This document shows positions 36,481 through 47,149 of a DNA stretch of 64,000 nt, piece by piece; within the stretch, counting starts at the first letter, position 1; every line of letters starts with the position of its first letter. The stretch spans positions 224,001-288,000 of the forward strand of contig CAXXHG010000043.1 in assembly GCA_963666315.2 (NCBI GenBank), in the 5' to 3' direction. The stretch comes from Candidatus Binatia bacterium (GTDB lineage: Bacteria; Desulfobacterota; Binatia; Bin18). The notes beneath the pieces were generated by a model that saw only the letters and a program-made list of their open reading frames with translations, made no database searches and was not told where the DNA came from. Both the position numbers and the translations under genes were made by a program.

Positions 36481-37572
36481 TTAAGTGTGAATCTCCTTGG
36501 TCGTAATACGGCTACCGGCATCAAAGCCGGCCCAGCCTTGCACCGCAGCGGAAAATCGGCCGGCCGTGCCGCCGGCCACGATAATAACAATGTTTTCCGC
36601 TTTAGGAAACTTCGGAAATAGAGTGTCATCGGTGGGGGGTTCGCGGTCTTTCTTGGACGTACGTAGCATGCTGACCCCAACCCCTTCACCGCCATTCACA
36701 CCAGGACGCAGCTCCCGTAAGGGGCGGCGAATATTCTCATACAGGAATTGCCGCAGGTCGTTCTTGGACCAGCCGTCTTGAGCAAACGTTTTGGCATGTT
36801 CGGGACAGACCACGAGAACGGTATCGGAAAATAAGGGATAGTTTTTATGGTTCCATAGTGATCCCATGGACCAACCCAGCGACAACGCCAGCTGTCCCGC
36901 CGTGCGACTGGCGTGATCGTTAATCTGCATGGGAGAGTGGCCGCCAAACAGCGTAATCGTACTTTGATCAGGTTGATAGCCCTTCTCCACATGCAGCGGC
37001 TCCCAGGGGCTGTCTTCTTCATTTTCACCCACACAAAATGTGTACTGCGCGGGGTGGCCTAAAGTGGCTTTGGTAATCTCGTGCGGCTTGGCCCCCCCAA
37101 TATTAATAATAATGAGCCGGAGCGCACGACCTATCGTCGCATTGGCACGAAAACCGTGACCCAAGGCGTTGTGGCCGCCATTCACGCCAATGGCGTTCCG
37201 TATCGGCCCGTTGATGATAGCCATGGGCGTGGCAGAGAAGGTGGTTACGTTGAGGCCATGAATGCAGAACTGCTCTTCACACATGGCCTCAACGCCGGCC
37301 AGCACAACGGGCAGGTAAGACGGGTGGCACCCGGCCATGACGGCGTTGATGGCAATCTTCTCCACCGTCGCTCGACCATAGTTTGGCCCAATTTCTCCAA
37401 CTATCTCCTGTGGATCACGCGTAGTTGCCGCCAACATTCGCGTGACACGATCTTCGGTCGGCGGCACAACGGGTAAACCATCAGTGACACCGCGTTCGTA
37501 CAGGAGCTCAACCGGGTCGTCTTGCGCTTGTATGCGTTGGGAGTGCAATTCAGCGATTTCTGGCATAAGCAT
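36481..37572 (-). CDS. Conserved protein of unknown function (TDGLPVVPPT family), typical UGSC neighbour
   Basis: GVTDGLPVVPPT, NAVMAGC, RANATIGRAL, ENEEDSPWEPLH. Confidence 0.75.
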   Translation of the reverse strand: MLMPEIAELHSQRIQAQDDPVELLYERGVTDGLPVVPPTEDRVTRMLAATTRDPQEIVGEIGPNYGRATVEKIAINAVMAGCHPSYLPVVLAGVEAMCEEQFCIHGLNVTTFSATPMAIINGPIRNAIGVNGGHNALGHGFRANATIGRALRLIIINIGGAKPHEITKATLGHPAQYTFCVGENEEDSPWEPLHVEKGYQPDQSTITLFGGHSPMQINDHASRTAGQLALSLGWSMGSLWNHKNYPLFSDTVLVVCPEHAKTFAQDGWSKNDLRQFLYENIRRPLRELRPGVNGGEGVGVSMLRTSKKDREPPTDDTLFPKFPKAENIVIIVAGGTAGRFSAAVQGWAGFDAGSRITTKEIHT

Positions 37573-37590
37573 TCTCCATATAGCTCAGTG

Positions 37591-38544
37591 CTATTTAATC
37601 GCCTGGGGATTAATCGGTGAGCCCACCGCACCGGTGATGGGCAACGGCGGGGCAACAAACATGAACTCGTATACCCCGTCATTGGCACAGTCATCAGCCA
37701 GCCCTTCAAGGTCGAAAATCTCCCCGATCAGCATGCCGGCATGCACAATCAAAATCATATGCAGAGGCTGAAAGATGTCCGGCGTTTCGTTGGGAATGAC
37801 TTCAGTGCCCCAGGTGTCCGTGGCATAGCCGGCAATTTCTTTTTCACAGATCCAGGTTGCGCAGTCGACGCCCATCCCTGGCGCTGAACCGCCACTGTAT
37901 TCGCCCCAGCTATCTTCTGCCCGTACTTGGCCGATTTGACCAGTCCGAATCATCACAATATCGCCAGTGCCAACGCTAACTTTACCCATATCGGCTGCGC
38001 CATCGAGGTCGGTAGGATAAATGGCTTCGCCTGGCTCTAGCCACTGCTTGCCTTTGAAACGCGGGATATCCAGTAGTACGCCTCGCGAGACGATCTTGTC
38101 TTTCGCGTTCTCCATGCCGTTTTTCTTTGCGCCGGTGCTATTCACTTCACTAGCCGGATAGCCGTTGTACATTTGGCCTTGGTACATGATATGGGCCAGA
38201 GCATCCCACTGGGTGGCGCACTGGAGCGGCATGGTCACAGCGTCATCGGTATACTGAATATTCGGTAAATGATCCTGCGCACCGATGCTGATGTCGCCTC
38301 CGTCTTGGAGCATGAAATGGATGGGGTTAAAGCGCCCAAAAGACCCGGTCTGAGGACCTTTATCGTCAAATGGGATAGACAGAGAAATCACCTTGCCTTG
38401 TTTGACGAGCTTAGAAGCTTCAATAATCTTTTGTGGAGTAATGTAATTGAGCGTCCCGAGTTGATCGTCGTCGCCCCAACGGCCCCAGTTTTTGTACTTC
38501 TCGGCAAGAGCCTTTACATCGTTCATTGAGTAGTGTTTTGCCAT
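37591..38544 (-). CDS. Cyclase family (kynurenine formamidase-like) metallo-hydrolase
   Basis: NWGRWGDDDQLGTLN, QCATQWDALAH, SRGVLLD, PLPITGAVGSPINP. Confidence 0.88.
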   Translation of the reverse strand: MAKHYSMNDVKALAEKYKNWGRWGDDDQLGTLNYITPQKIIEASKLVKQGKVISLSIPFDDKGPQTGSFGRFNPIHFMLQDGGDISIGAQDHLPNIQYTDDAVTMPLQCATQWDALAHIMYQGQMYNGYPASEVNSTGAKKNGMENAKDKIVSRGVLLDIPRFKGKQWLEPGEAIYPTDLDGAADMGKVSVGTGDIVMIRTGQIGQVRAEDSWGEYSGGSAPGMGVDCATWICEKEIAGYATDTWGTEVIPNETPDIFQPLHMILIVHAGMLIGEIFDLEGLADDCANDGVYEFMFVAPPLPITGAVGSPINPQAIK

Positions 38545-38611
38545 GGTCGTTCTCCTCTCGACTTTTGTGTTTCATATCTCTAAGCGGCCCGTCAACAGGT
38601 TGCCGCATTTA

Positions 38612-39598
38612 TTATATACCAAGGCGAAGACCAAGCACTATATTTCGGCCTTTCAGGAACTCTGAAATGGGGAGGGTTTTCTTACCTTCAAGCTGAACCG
38701 TGCTTATGTGAAGACAATCTTTTCCCGTTGCAATAGAGAGGTGGGTTGCTTCAATACCCAGTACCGAACCAGGGGCGACAGGGACAGATGGAGCAAAAAC
38801 GTTTTCTTTACCAACACCAGCGCCAAGGATTTTAAGCCGCCTACCCGCGAGGTAGGTGTAGGCAGACGGCCAGGGATAAAACGCCCGGACGCGTTGCTCT
38901 ATGCTGACCGCATCCTGCGTCCAATTGATCTGGCCATCTTCCTTTTTGAGCATGGGCGCGTAGCTGGCCGCTGCTTCGTTTTGGGGAGACGCAGAAAGTT
39001 TGCCCTGCTTAAAGAGCGCCAGTGCCTCTCCAAGCGCCTGCGCCCCAAGAATAGCGAGCTTATCGTGCAGACTCCCTCCGGTTTCATTATCTCCTAACTC
39101 AACCTGCGTCTGGACCAGAATGTCACCTGCGTCCATTTGCTCACTCATTTTCATGATCGTGACGCCGGAGTGTGTTTCTCCTCGGGCGATCGCCCACTGA
39201 ATAGGAGCAGCGCCACGATACTTGGGGAGGAGTGAAGCGTGCACATTGATGCAGCCGTATGGCGGCAGATCGAGAATCGGACGGGGGAGAATCTTCCCGT
39301 AGGCAGCAACAACAATCAGATCGGGTTGCCAGTCTCGGAGGTGAGCAAGCGTTTCGGCAGCGCGTATCTTTTGCGGCTGAAAAACGGGCACCTGATGTGC
39401 GAAGGCATATTTTTTGACGGGCGGGGCATGGAGGACCATATGACGCCCAGACGGCTTATCGGGTTGCGCCACAACGCCGACAACCTCCTCCTCCCTAGTG
39501 AGGAGAGCCTGGAGCGAGGGCACGGCAAAATCCGGCGTACCCATGAAAACGAGCCGAAGCGGTCGGGACAAGTCAGGAGGCGGAATAGGCATTGTCAT
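38612..39598 (-). CDS. fmt: Methionyl-tRNA formyltransferase
   Basis: VFMGTPDFAV, INVHASLLPKYRGAAPIQ, MDAGD. Confidence 0.95.
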   Translation of the reverse strand: MTMPIPPPDLSRPLRLVFMGTPDFAVPSLQALLTREEEVVGVVAQPDKPSGRHMVLHAPPVKKYAFAHQVPVFQPQKIRAAETLAHLRDWQPDLIVVAAYGKILPRPILDLPPYGCINVHASLLPKYRGAAPIQWAIARGETHSGVTIMKMSEQMDAGDILVQTQVELGDNETGGSLHDKLAILGAQALGEALALFKQGKLSASPQNEAAASYAPMLKKEDGQINWTQDAVSIEQRVRAFYPWPSAYTYLAGRRLKILGAGVGKENVFAPSVPVAPGSVLGIEATHLSIATGKDCLHISTVQLEGKKTLPISEFLKGRNIVLGLRLGI

Positions 39599-39672
39599 CA
39601 CAGGAGCACTGCAGACTCTGGCAAGGATCGAGAGTCCCGCGTCAAGACAGGACAAAGCAAAAGGCGCGCGCC

Positions 39673-40212
39673 TTAGATCCCGGTAGATTCTTTACCGCGT
39701 TCAAGTGGCCGGCCTTCTCGGATCAGTTTTTTTACCCGACGAGAGTAGAGTTCGCGTTTGAGCCGACTAATCCGATCAATGAACAGCTTTCCGGTGAGGT
39801 GATCGAGTTCGTGTTGGAGGCACACGGCAAGTAATTCCTCAGCCTGGAACGTAATTTCTTCTTGATCCAGCGTCCAGGCTGTGACCTCAACTTTGGCGGC
39901 GCGTTTGACTTCGGCGGTATAATCCAGCACGCTCAGACAGCCTTCTTCCCACACGATGGAACCCTCACTTGTAGTGATTCTCGGGTTGATGAGTTTGAGC
40001 AGCTCTTTCCCCTTTTCGTCAGGATGCGCATCAATGACAAGGATGCGGTCTTGCGCGCCGATCTGGGTCGCGGCCAGCCCAATCCCTGGGGCGGCATACA
40101 TGGTTTGGACCATATCCTCGACCAACTCAGCCAGGCTGCCGTCCATACTGGCCACTTCTGTTGCCGCTTTTTTGAGGCGTGGATCCGGATAGGTCAAAAT
40201 CTCTCGAATCAT
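39673..40212 (-). CDS. def: Peptide deformylase
   Basis: GIGLAATQ, EGCLS, QHELDH. Confidence 0.96.
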   Translation of the reverse strand: MIREILTYPDPRLKKAATEVASMDGSLAELVEDMVQTMYAAPGIGLAATQIGAQDRILVIDAHPDEKGKELLKLINPRITTSEGSIVWEEGCLSVLDYTAEVKRAAKVEVTAWTLDQEEITFQAEELLAVCLQHELDHLTGKLFIDRISRLKRELYSRRVKKLIREGRPLERGKESTGI

Positions 40213-40221
40213 GTTGCCCTT

Positions 40222-42588
40222 CTATACCACGCTGTACGGATCCACATCAACGATTGTGCGCACACCTCGGGGGGGGTTGGCCTGATCAAAGGCGTCACGC
40301 GCTTTTCTCACCAGGGAATGCAGCATCGGACGATTGGGACCCTTGACCAGCAATTGCCAACGCTCACGTCCCTTGATGCGTTCGATGGGAGCAGGAGCGG
40401 GACCCAATATCTCCAGGCTTGATGGACCTGCTGAGACGAATTCGGCAGACCGTAGTATGTCTTCAAGCTGCTGCGCGAACAGCGTGGCACTCGCCTCGAC
40501 CTGCTGTCCGTCTCGTCCTTCAAAGCGCATATTGATCATCCGCGTAAAGGGCGGATAGCCCAGACGTTTACGATAGCGCAATTCCTGAGCGGCGAAGCGA
40601 GTAAAGTCATGTTGGGCAGCACACCGAATACTGTAATGCCTCGGCGCATAAGTCTGGATGATGACTTTCCCGATGTCCTCACCCCGTCCCGCTCTTCCAG
40701 CCACTTGCGTCAGCAGTTGAAAGGTACGTTCTGCAGCCCGAAAGTCAGGTCGATTGAGCGTCACGTCGGCGAGAATCACCCCGACAAGCGTTACCCCGGG
40801 GACGTCGTGTCCCTTGGCGACCATTTGGGTTCCAATCAATACATCGAACGCATGCCCGCGCCACGCGCGTAAAATTCGATCGAGCGTTCCTCGGCGCTTT
40901 ACAGTGTCCCGATCAAGCCGCGCAACGCGGACTTCTGGCAGAAAATTCTTGAGTGCATCTTCAACCTGCTCCGTTCCGATCCCACTCCCAACCAGGCTAG
41001 GCTGGTTGCAGGCAGGGCACTCTTCTATGCTCCGTCTGGTAAATCCACAATAATGGCAGCATAGCGCTCTCCGATGAAGGTGAAAGGTCAGGGTCACGCT
41101 GCAGTGCGGACACGAGAGGACCTCACCGCACAGGCGGCATTGAAGATAATTCGCATATCCACGCCGATTGAGAAAGAGGACGCTTTGTTTTCCAGCCTGA
41201 TGGTTGGCAATGAGCGCGTTTCTCAAGCGTGCTGAAAAGATGGGGGCCGCATTCCCGGATCGGGCCTCGTTGCGGAGATCGATAATCTCAACTTTTGGTA
41301 AGGGGCGCGATGCAACACGCTCAGGAAGAGTCAGAGCAGTGTATTGCTGTGTTTGGCTATGTGTATAGCTCTCAAGGGAGGGCGTCGCGGAACCCAAAAT
41401 TACAGGACAGGATAAGATTTTACTACGTATAATGGCAATATCTCTTGCATTATAGCGAACCCCGTCCTCCTGCTTATATGCTGTTTCATGCTCTTCATCC
41501 ACGACAATAAGTCCAAGATCAACCAGGGGAGCAAAGACAGCTGAACGCGCACCAACAACAACCGACACCTCTCCACGGGCAATACGTTTCCACTCGATCC
41601 AGCGTATTTTATCCGTCATTGCACTGTGCAGCACAGCAACCCTGTCGCCAAAACGTTGCTGGACCTGAGTAACGAGTTGTTGCGTGAGTGCAATCTCTGG
41701 AACAAGGATAAGCGCGCTTTTCTTTTGTCTTACTGCTTGCTTTGTCGCTCTCAGATACACTTCTGTTTTCCCACTGCCAGTAACTCCGTACAGTAGAAAA
41801 ACTCGAAATTCGCCCTTTTTTAGCGACTTTTCTATCTCACTGTGCGCATTTATCTGGGCATCAGTCAAAGTGAGAGCTTTCCAGTGAGTTCCTTCTGCTT
41901 TCTCTCCTGGAATGTCCCTAGACTCGCCAGATCCACTAATAGTCCGAGGTCGGGAGAATGACTCGGTAACCCGTACAAGGTTAAGCAGCTCAAGATGCTG
42001 GAGTTTCTTTCCCATAGCAAGCTGAGGAAAACGTCGTTGTAGAGTTTGCACTGCCACCCGCTTCTTCCCCATCATATAGGAGAGCAAGTCTCGCTCATCA
42101 CCACTGAGGCCGTCAATCAGCGTCTTTTCTTTCTCCTGATCATCATCAGCGTCTCGTTCTCCGCCTGTATCAGGCGTCCTCTTCTTCCTGCCTTTTTTCT
42201 TTCTAGGCCGTGTCACGAACAAAGCACTCTCACTACGCGCTGTACGAGGAAGTATGGTCTGAAGCGTAGCTCCTGGCGAAGAAAAATAATATTTCGATAT
42301 CCATTCCCAAAGCTGTCTCATGTATTGAGTAAAAATAGGAACTTCGTCTATAATATCGAGAATGTACTTCACCTTTTTTTGATCGATATCTCCTGAGTGC
42401 GAATTGAGTCCAACGATAATTCCTGTTATTTTCCGGCTATTTACAGGAACGACAACGCGAACCCCCTCTTGGACACGCGAAATGAGGGGCACTGGAACAC
42501 GATAAACCAATTCACTATTCCTGCCGATAGGAAATATGAGTGCGACAGAAGCAAAGCAAGGATCCGTGAAACATTGATCGTTAAACAT
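40222..42588 (-). CDS. priA: Primosomal protein N'
   Basis: GVTGSGKTEVY, DEEH, four CxxC Zn motifs, QVAGRAGR. Confidence 0.96.
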   Translation of the reverse strand: MFNDQCFTDPCFASVALIFPIGRNSELVYRVPVPLISRVQEGVRVVVPVNSRKITGIIVGLNSHSGDIDQKKVKYILDIIDEVPIFTQYMRQLWEWISKYYFSSPGATLQTILPRTARSESALFVTRPRKKKGRKKRTPDTGGERDADDDQEKEKTLIDGLSGDERDLLSYMMGKKRVAVQTLQRRFPQLAMGKKLQHLELLNLVRVTESFSRPRTISGSGESRDIPGEKAEGTHWKALTLTDAQINAHSEIEKSLKKGEFRVFLLYGVTGSGKTEVYLRATKQAVRQKKSALILVPEIALTQQLVTQVQQRFGDRVAVLHSAMTDKIRWIEWKRIARGEVSVVVGARSAVFAPLVDLGLIVVDEEHETAYKQEDGVRYNARDIAIIRSKILSCPVILGSATPSLESYTHSQTQQYTALTLPERVASRPLPKVEIIDLRNEARSGNAAPIFSARLRNALIANHQAGKQSVLFLNRRGYANYLQCRLCGEVLSCPHCSVTLTFHLHRRALCCHYCGFTRRSIEECPACNQPSLVGSGIGTEQVEDALKNFLPEVRVARLDRDTVKRRGTLDRILRAWRGHAFDVLIGTQMVAKGHDVPGVTLVGVILADVTLNRPDFRAAERTFQLLTQVAGRAGRGEDIGKVIIQTYAPRHYSIRCAAQHDFTRFAAQELRYRKRLGYPPFTRMINMRFEGRDGQQVEASATLFAQQLEDILRSAEFVSAGPSSLEILGPAPAPIERIKGRERWQLLVKGPNRPMLHSLVRKARDAFDQANPPRGVRTIVDVDPYSVV

Positions 42589-42650
42589 TTGACAAGTTAG
42601 TTTTTATATTGCATAGTAAGTGGTTGAAATACCTTGTTGTTGAGACTCTG

Positions 42651-43757
42651 ATGGAAGCCTTGAGAAAAACCCTTGAAAGCATATTGAAACCTATCTCTCC
42701 TATTCTGCCCTTTGGAGGAGAAAAAGGCTATATCAGCCTTGATATTGGTTCAAGCTCAATAAAGATGGTGGAAGTCGGTGGACATGGCCCTAGCCTCAAG
42801 GTGACAAACGCAGGGATCATCCCGCTTCCCCTTGACGCTATGCCAAGCAATTCTGTACAGGATTCTGGCCGTGTTTCCCAGGCTATCCGCACCCTCATTG
42901 ATGAGAATCGGATCAAATCAACGGACGTCATAACTGCGGTGCCTAGTCCGGCCGTTATTATTAAGCGCGTTGCCTTTCCTATCCAGGATCCGGAAACGTT
43001 AGAGGGGACGATCCTGTTCGAAGCAGGAAACTTCATACCCGAAAGCCTCGATAATGTAAATCTCGACTATCAAATTCTTGATATAGATACGGAAACTGAC
43101 AATGTAGACGTCCTCCTTGTTGCAGTCCGGAAAGACGTTATCAACAGCTACCTCAGCGCTATTCGCGAAGCAGGCCTTACACCGTCTATCGTCGATGTCG
43201 ATTATTTTGCTATCGAGAACATGTTTGAGGCGAACTATACCCCAGCACCGGATGAGGTTATTGCCCTGATAAATATTGGCGCTCGTTACTCCTCCATCAA
43301 CATCATGAAGGGCGGACGCTCATCTTTTACCGGCGACGTACCCCTGGGGGGGGAACAGTTCACGGATTTGCTCATGCAAGAGCTGGGCCTTGACCGAGAC
43401 CAAGCAGAAGAGGCAAAAATTCTGGGCTCGATAGAAGGACACGAAAAGGACGACATTGACCGCGTCCTTTCTGTTACTTCGGAGCAGCTTCTGGACGAGA
43501 TACAGCGGGCGTTGAGCTTCTTCTGGACAGGTTCAACAGAAGAGCAGATTAGCTCCGTCTATTTAAGCGGGGGGACAGCCCAGCTCCCAGATCTGGCCTC
43601 AGCTGTTAGCACGCGCCTTCAGGTTCCCGTCGAAGTGTGTAATCCCTTCCGCTCACTTACTATCGGCCGCCACGTTGATGAAGACTTCATAGAGCATCAC
43701 GCGTCATCCTTAGCCGTCAGTGTTGGTCTCGCAACCAGAAGGCCAGGAGACAAATGA
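42651..43757 (+). CDS. pilM: Type IV pilus assembly protein PilM
   Basis: LDIGSSSIK, VDVDYFA, LSGGTA, VGLATRRPGDK. Confidence 0.92.
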   Translation: MEALRKTLESILKPISPILPFGGEKGYISLDIGSSSIKMVEVGGHGPSLKVTNAGIIPLPLDAMPSNSVQDSGRVSQAIRTLIDENRIKSTDVITAVPSPAVIIKRVAFPIQDPETLEGTILFEAGNFIPESLDNVNLDYQILDIDTETDNVDVLLVAVRKDVINSYLSAIREAGLTPSIVDVDYFAIENMFEANYTPAPDEVIALINIGARYSSINIMKGGRSSFTGDVPLGGEQFTDLLMQELGLDRDQAEEAKILGSIEGHEKDDIDRVLSVTSEQLLDEIQRALSFFWTGSTEEQISSVYLSGGTAQLPDLASAVSTRLQVPVEVCNPFRSLTIGRHVDEDFIEHHASSLAVSVGLATRRPGDK

Positions 43758-44386
43758 TTCATATTAACCTCCTGCCAGCTAGAGAAGTCGAGGAAGCCTC
43801 GTCAAGAGGGAAAGAAGTCGTGATTGCGGGTGGAATCCTCATCCTCGCCCTTACCGCGGTATCCACTATCCATCTATTCCAATTACAAAATATTCGTCTC
43901 GCGCAGGCGAAAGTTGATGGTCTTGAAAGTGAAATTACGCAAATACGTAAACAAAACAGCGAAGTAAATGAGTTGTTCAAGAGAAAGGATTTACTTGAGC
44001 AAAAGTTGAAAGCTGTGAGATCTCTTACATTTCCGCCACGCAGAGCTACTTCTGTCCGTATTCTCGATGATTTAAGCCAGAGCACTCCAGAATTGACGCC
44101 GCTGCAGCGCTTTGACCTCAGCCAGCTCAGGCTTGTTGGAGTTGTCTGAGAAATGCAGCAGCCGAAGGCATTAATCGAAGACAGTGGCGGGCTCGGCTAC
44201 ATCGTAGAGGCGGGCACGCTCATCGGTTCCAACGGTGGGGTCATCAAGTTAATTGAACCGAGACGGATCGTAGTCGAAGAGTACAAGACAGACTTTTACG
44301 GCAAACGTCAGATTCAACAGCGAGAGCTGAAACTCGTGATTGTGAACTCAGCCCCCAAGGGTGGTGGGACAAACGCAAAGAAATAG
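43754..44386 (+). pseudogene. pilN'-'pilP deletion fusion (pilO absent) with an internal TGA
   Basis: MIHINLLP...LDDLSQSTPE joined to LTPLQRFDLSQLRLVGVV*EMQQPKALIEDSGGLGYIV...G. Confidence 0.8.
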
Positions 44387-44421
44387 ACAACTAGTGTCCT
44401 AAATTAAGTGGGGATGAAGGG

Positions 44422-46683
44422 ATGCGGAGCTTGTTATACGGACACAGGATAAAGGTAGCAGTCCTTTTATGGGCTTGTTTGGTCGCTGGAGCCTGTGCTC
44501 ATCCAGGTAGGTCTACAGGTAGGTCTAAGGGAGTACTTGGAGCAAAACCTCCTCCAGTAACACCGACGCCGGCTCTCCCTGAACCGCTGGGTAAGCCACC
44601 ATCACTTCCTGAACCGACATATACAGGGCCGCTCCAGCTTCACGAGGTCCGAGTGATTACAGATTCCGGCCAACGGCACGTAGTATTTCGCTTTTCGCGT
44701 CCACCGGAAGACATCAATTACTTTCCCCTACGCGATCCTAGCCGCATTGTCATTGACATAAAAGGACTGGTCGAATCGCTCCCTCAGGTCGCAATTTATA
44801 AGGCTGACGACCCCCTTATCGAGGCGGTCAGAGTCGGGAGTTATGAAGGCAGAATGCGTCTCGTCGTAGATATAGTGTCTGAGGAACTCCCCGAATTCTC
44901 AGTGCAAAGCGGCAATGTCGTCCTGATGGCGACGCTCGGAAAGAAAACCGAGGGAAGCGCTCCAGGACAGAAGGACGCTCAAGTCCTTTTTATCGCAGAG
45001 AACGCCCGTCTTGATCAGTTAGCCCAAGCCCCGCCTGTTGTCGCTAGGCTTCCAGCAGCCTCCAGACGCATAGAAGAGTCCTCCTTGGCTCCGGCGGCGC
45101 ACCCCCTTGCAGCTACTCCTCGTCAGCTGGTGCAAGCTGAGCCGCCGGCAGGTCCGGCTCCTTCAGCATCCGATCCAATACAAGCCACAGTCTTTAGTCG
45201 TCAGAAGCTTGCTGCCTCTGCGTTCGCACCGGCTCAACCGGAGTATATCGGACAGAAGATCTCGCTGGATTTTAAGAATGCAGATATTCACGACGTTCTG
45301 CGGATTCTTGCTGATGTGAGTGGTCTGAACCTTGTTTCTACAGACGACGTAAAGGGCAAGATTACCCTCCGTTTAGTCGATGTCCCGTGGGATCAGGCGT
45401 TTGCCGTCGTACTGCAAGCAAATGGATTAGAAAGCGTCCAGTCCGGCAATGTCGTCACCATCTCGACGACCAAGCGACTAGGCGAGGAGATTAACGCTCG
45501 ACTCAAAGCCCAAGAAGCTGAACAGAAGCTCGCACCGCTGGAAACCGTCTATGTCAAAATCAATTATGTCAAATCGACCGACCTAGTCAGTCTGATCGGC
45601 CGTCAGTCCGGGTCCGGGAAATCAGCTGGGGCTGCGAAAAAGCCTGGAAAAGGTCGCCGCGGGGGCGGCACCCAGGTGGCCCTCATGTCTCCACGCGGGA
45701 CAATTGCCGCCGATGAGACTTCGAATGTTGTCATCATCCGTGATGTCCGAGAAAACATTGGTGCGATCCAAGAGCTGATTAGGAATATTGATGTCCAAAC
45801 GCCACAGGTTCTCATCGAATCGTATATCGTCACGGTAAATGAAAACATTAACCGCTCTCTGGGAATCCAATGGGGATACCAACACATCGCAAGTCCGCAA
45901 ACGGGAAATCCAACCGGTCTCAATTTTCCAGGCCGCATCGCGATCGGAGGGGCCGGACCTACATTGGGTGCTGGCGGGATCCCTTTTATTGCCGACTTTC
46001 CTGCTATGCCAGGAGCATCCACATTGGACCTCTTCCTCGGCTCGCTTGACGGAGCGAATTCGCTCAGTGCACGCTTGAGTGCCCTTGAGTCGGAAGGGAA
46101 AGCGCGTGTGATCTCCCGTCCTCGAGTCGTGACCCTGAATAATGGACAAGCATTGATTAAGTCGCGCAGAGAAGTGCGGGTGCCGGTCACGTCAGGAAAT
46201 CTGACTGTTGGAGGCGCCGGCACTTCCGGCGGCGGCGATGCGTTTGAAACATTTGATGTCGGTATTACTCTGAGGGTCACACCCCAGATCTCTTCTGACG
46301 GATATGTTCTGATGAAAATCGAGGCAGAAAGTAGCGAGCTGGTACCTTCAAGCGTTACCACATCGGCTGCTTCTTCCACGGTACCAAGCATCCCCGACGT
46401 CCTCTCACGAACAACGAATTCAACAGTCTTAGTCCGTGCAGGATCAACCTTTGTTTTGGGCGGCATCCTGCAAGATGAGTTAAAACGGGAAGAAACCGGT
46501 ATTCCATATCTGAGAGACACTCCGGGCATAGGCTGGCTGTTTAAAGGGAAAACCGACCTCAGGAACAAAAATGAACTCTTAATTTTCCTCACCCCGACGA
46601 TTATTACTGGCGTGTCGACTACGACTTTACCCTCAGCGAGCCAACTGTGGGAAAAACGGCCGGGTGGCGGAGTCGGGCCGTAA
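44422..46683 (+). CDS. pilQ: Type IV pilus secretin PilQ
   Basis: Lipobox AGAC, AMIN domain, YIGQKISLDFKNADI, VPWDQA, secretin motifs (IPYLRDTPGIGWLF, ELLIFLTP). Confidence 0.92.
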   Translation: MRSLLYGHRIKVAVLLWACLVAGACAHPGRSTGRSKGVLGAKPPPVTPTPALPEPLGKPPSLPEPTYTGPLQLHEVRVITDSGQRHVVFRFSRPPEDINYFPLRDPSRIVIDIKGLVESLPQVAIYKADDPLIEAVRVGSYEGRMRLVVDIVSEELPEFSVQSGNVVLMATLGKKTEGSAPGQKDAQVLFIAENARLDQLAQAPPVVARLPAASRRIEESSLAPAAHPLAATPRQLVQAEPPAGPAPSASDPIQATVFSRQKLAASAFAPAQPEYIGQKISLDFKNADIHDVLRILADVSGLNLVSTDDVKGKITLRLVDVPWDQAFAVVLQANGLESVQSGNVVTISTTKRLGEEINARLKAQEAEQKLAPLETVYVKINYVKSTDLVSLIGRQSGSGKSAGAAKKPGKGRRGGGTQVALMSPRGTIAADETSNVVIIRDVRENIGAIQELIRNIDVQTPQVLIESYIVTVNENINRSLGIQWGYQHIASPQTGNPTGLNFPGRIAIGGAGPTLGAGGIPFIADFPAMPGASTLDLFLGSLDGANSLSARLSALESEGKARVISRPRVVTLNNGQALIKSRREVRVPVTSGNLTVGGAGTSGGGDAFETFDVGITLRVTPQISSDGYVLMKIEAESSELVPSSVTTSAASSTVPSIPDVLSRTTNSTVLVRAGSTFVLGGILQDELKREETGIPYLRDTPGIGWLFKGKTDLRNKNELLIFLTPTIITGVSTTTLPSASQLWEKRPGGGVGP

Positions 46684-47020
46684 GCGAGAGAGATTTCAAA
46701 AGAGAAAGCGCCCGGGCGTTTTCTGCTGAAGATGGTGGTGGAAGAATCGGAAAACCTAGAAGCCTAAGAGCTCAATGGTGGCGGGGGTGGAGACGTGGGG
46801 GAGCTCTTAGACCTGTGGGTTTCTCATCCATGAGAGAGTTGAGAAGAGAGTACAAGCCCTAAAGGGTCGGGACACTCGGAGGCTTGGACGCCAAATGCGG
46901 ACATGCGGATGTGGTGGGGTGGTGGAAGCGAGGGACGGATCTTTTTGGCTCCGAGCTTCCGAGCGTCTCTATCAGGGGTGGGGTAAGGTGGTGTGGTGGT
47001 GGTGGACATGGAGAGACGAA

Positions 47021-47055
47021 TATAGGGGCGGAGATTTACCCCATCCGCCCCTATA
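47021..47055. repeat. 12-bp-stem hairpin, REP-like
   Basis: TATAGGGGCGGA-N11-TCCGCCCCTATA. Confidence 0.5.
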
Positions 47056-47149
47056 CACACAGACATCAGCGTTTGAAGGCGGGGAGGAGGATACGCACGA
47101 GAGCAGGCGGCAGGTTACGAAAGGTTCTGTGCATTAGAGGTCATCCACA

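Noticed and set aside
44147-44149. TGA in pilP as selenocysteine or Trp recoding
   Set aside because: No Cys/redox context, the gene is already a deletion fusion, and TGA terminates many intact genes here.
45603-46592. 329-aa ORF antisense to pilQ
   Set aside because: Shadow frame of a well-supported gene; no recognisable motifs.
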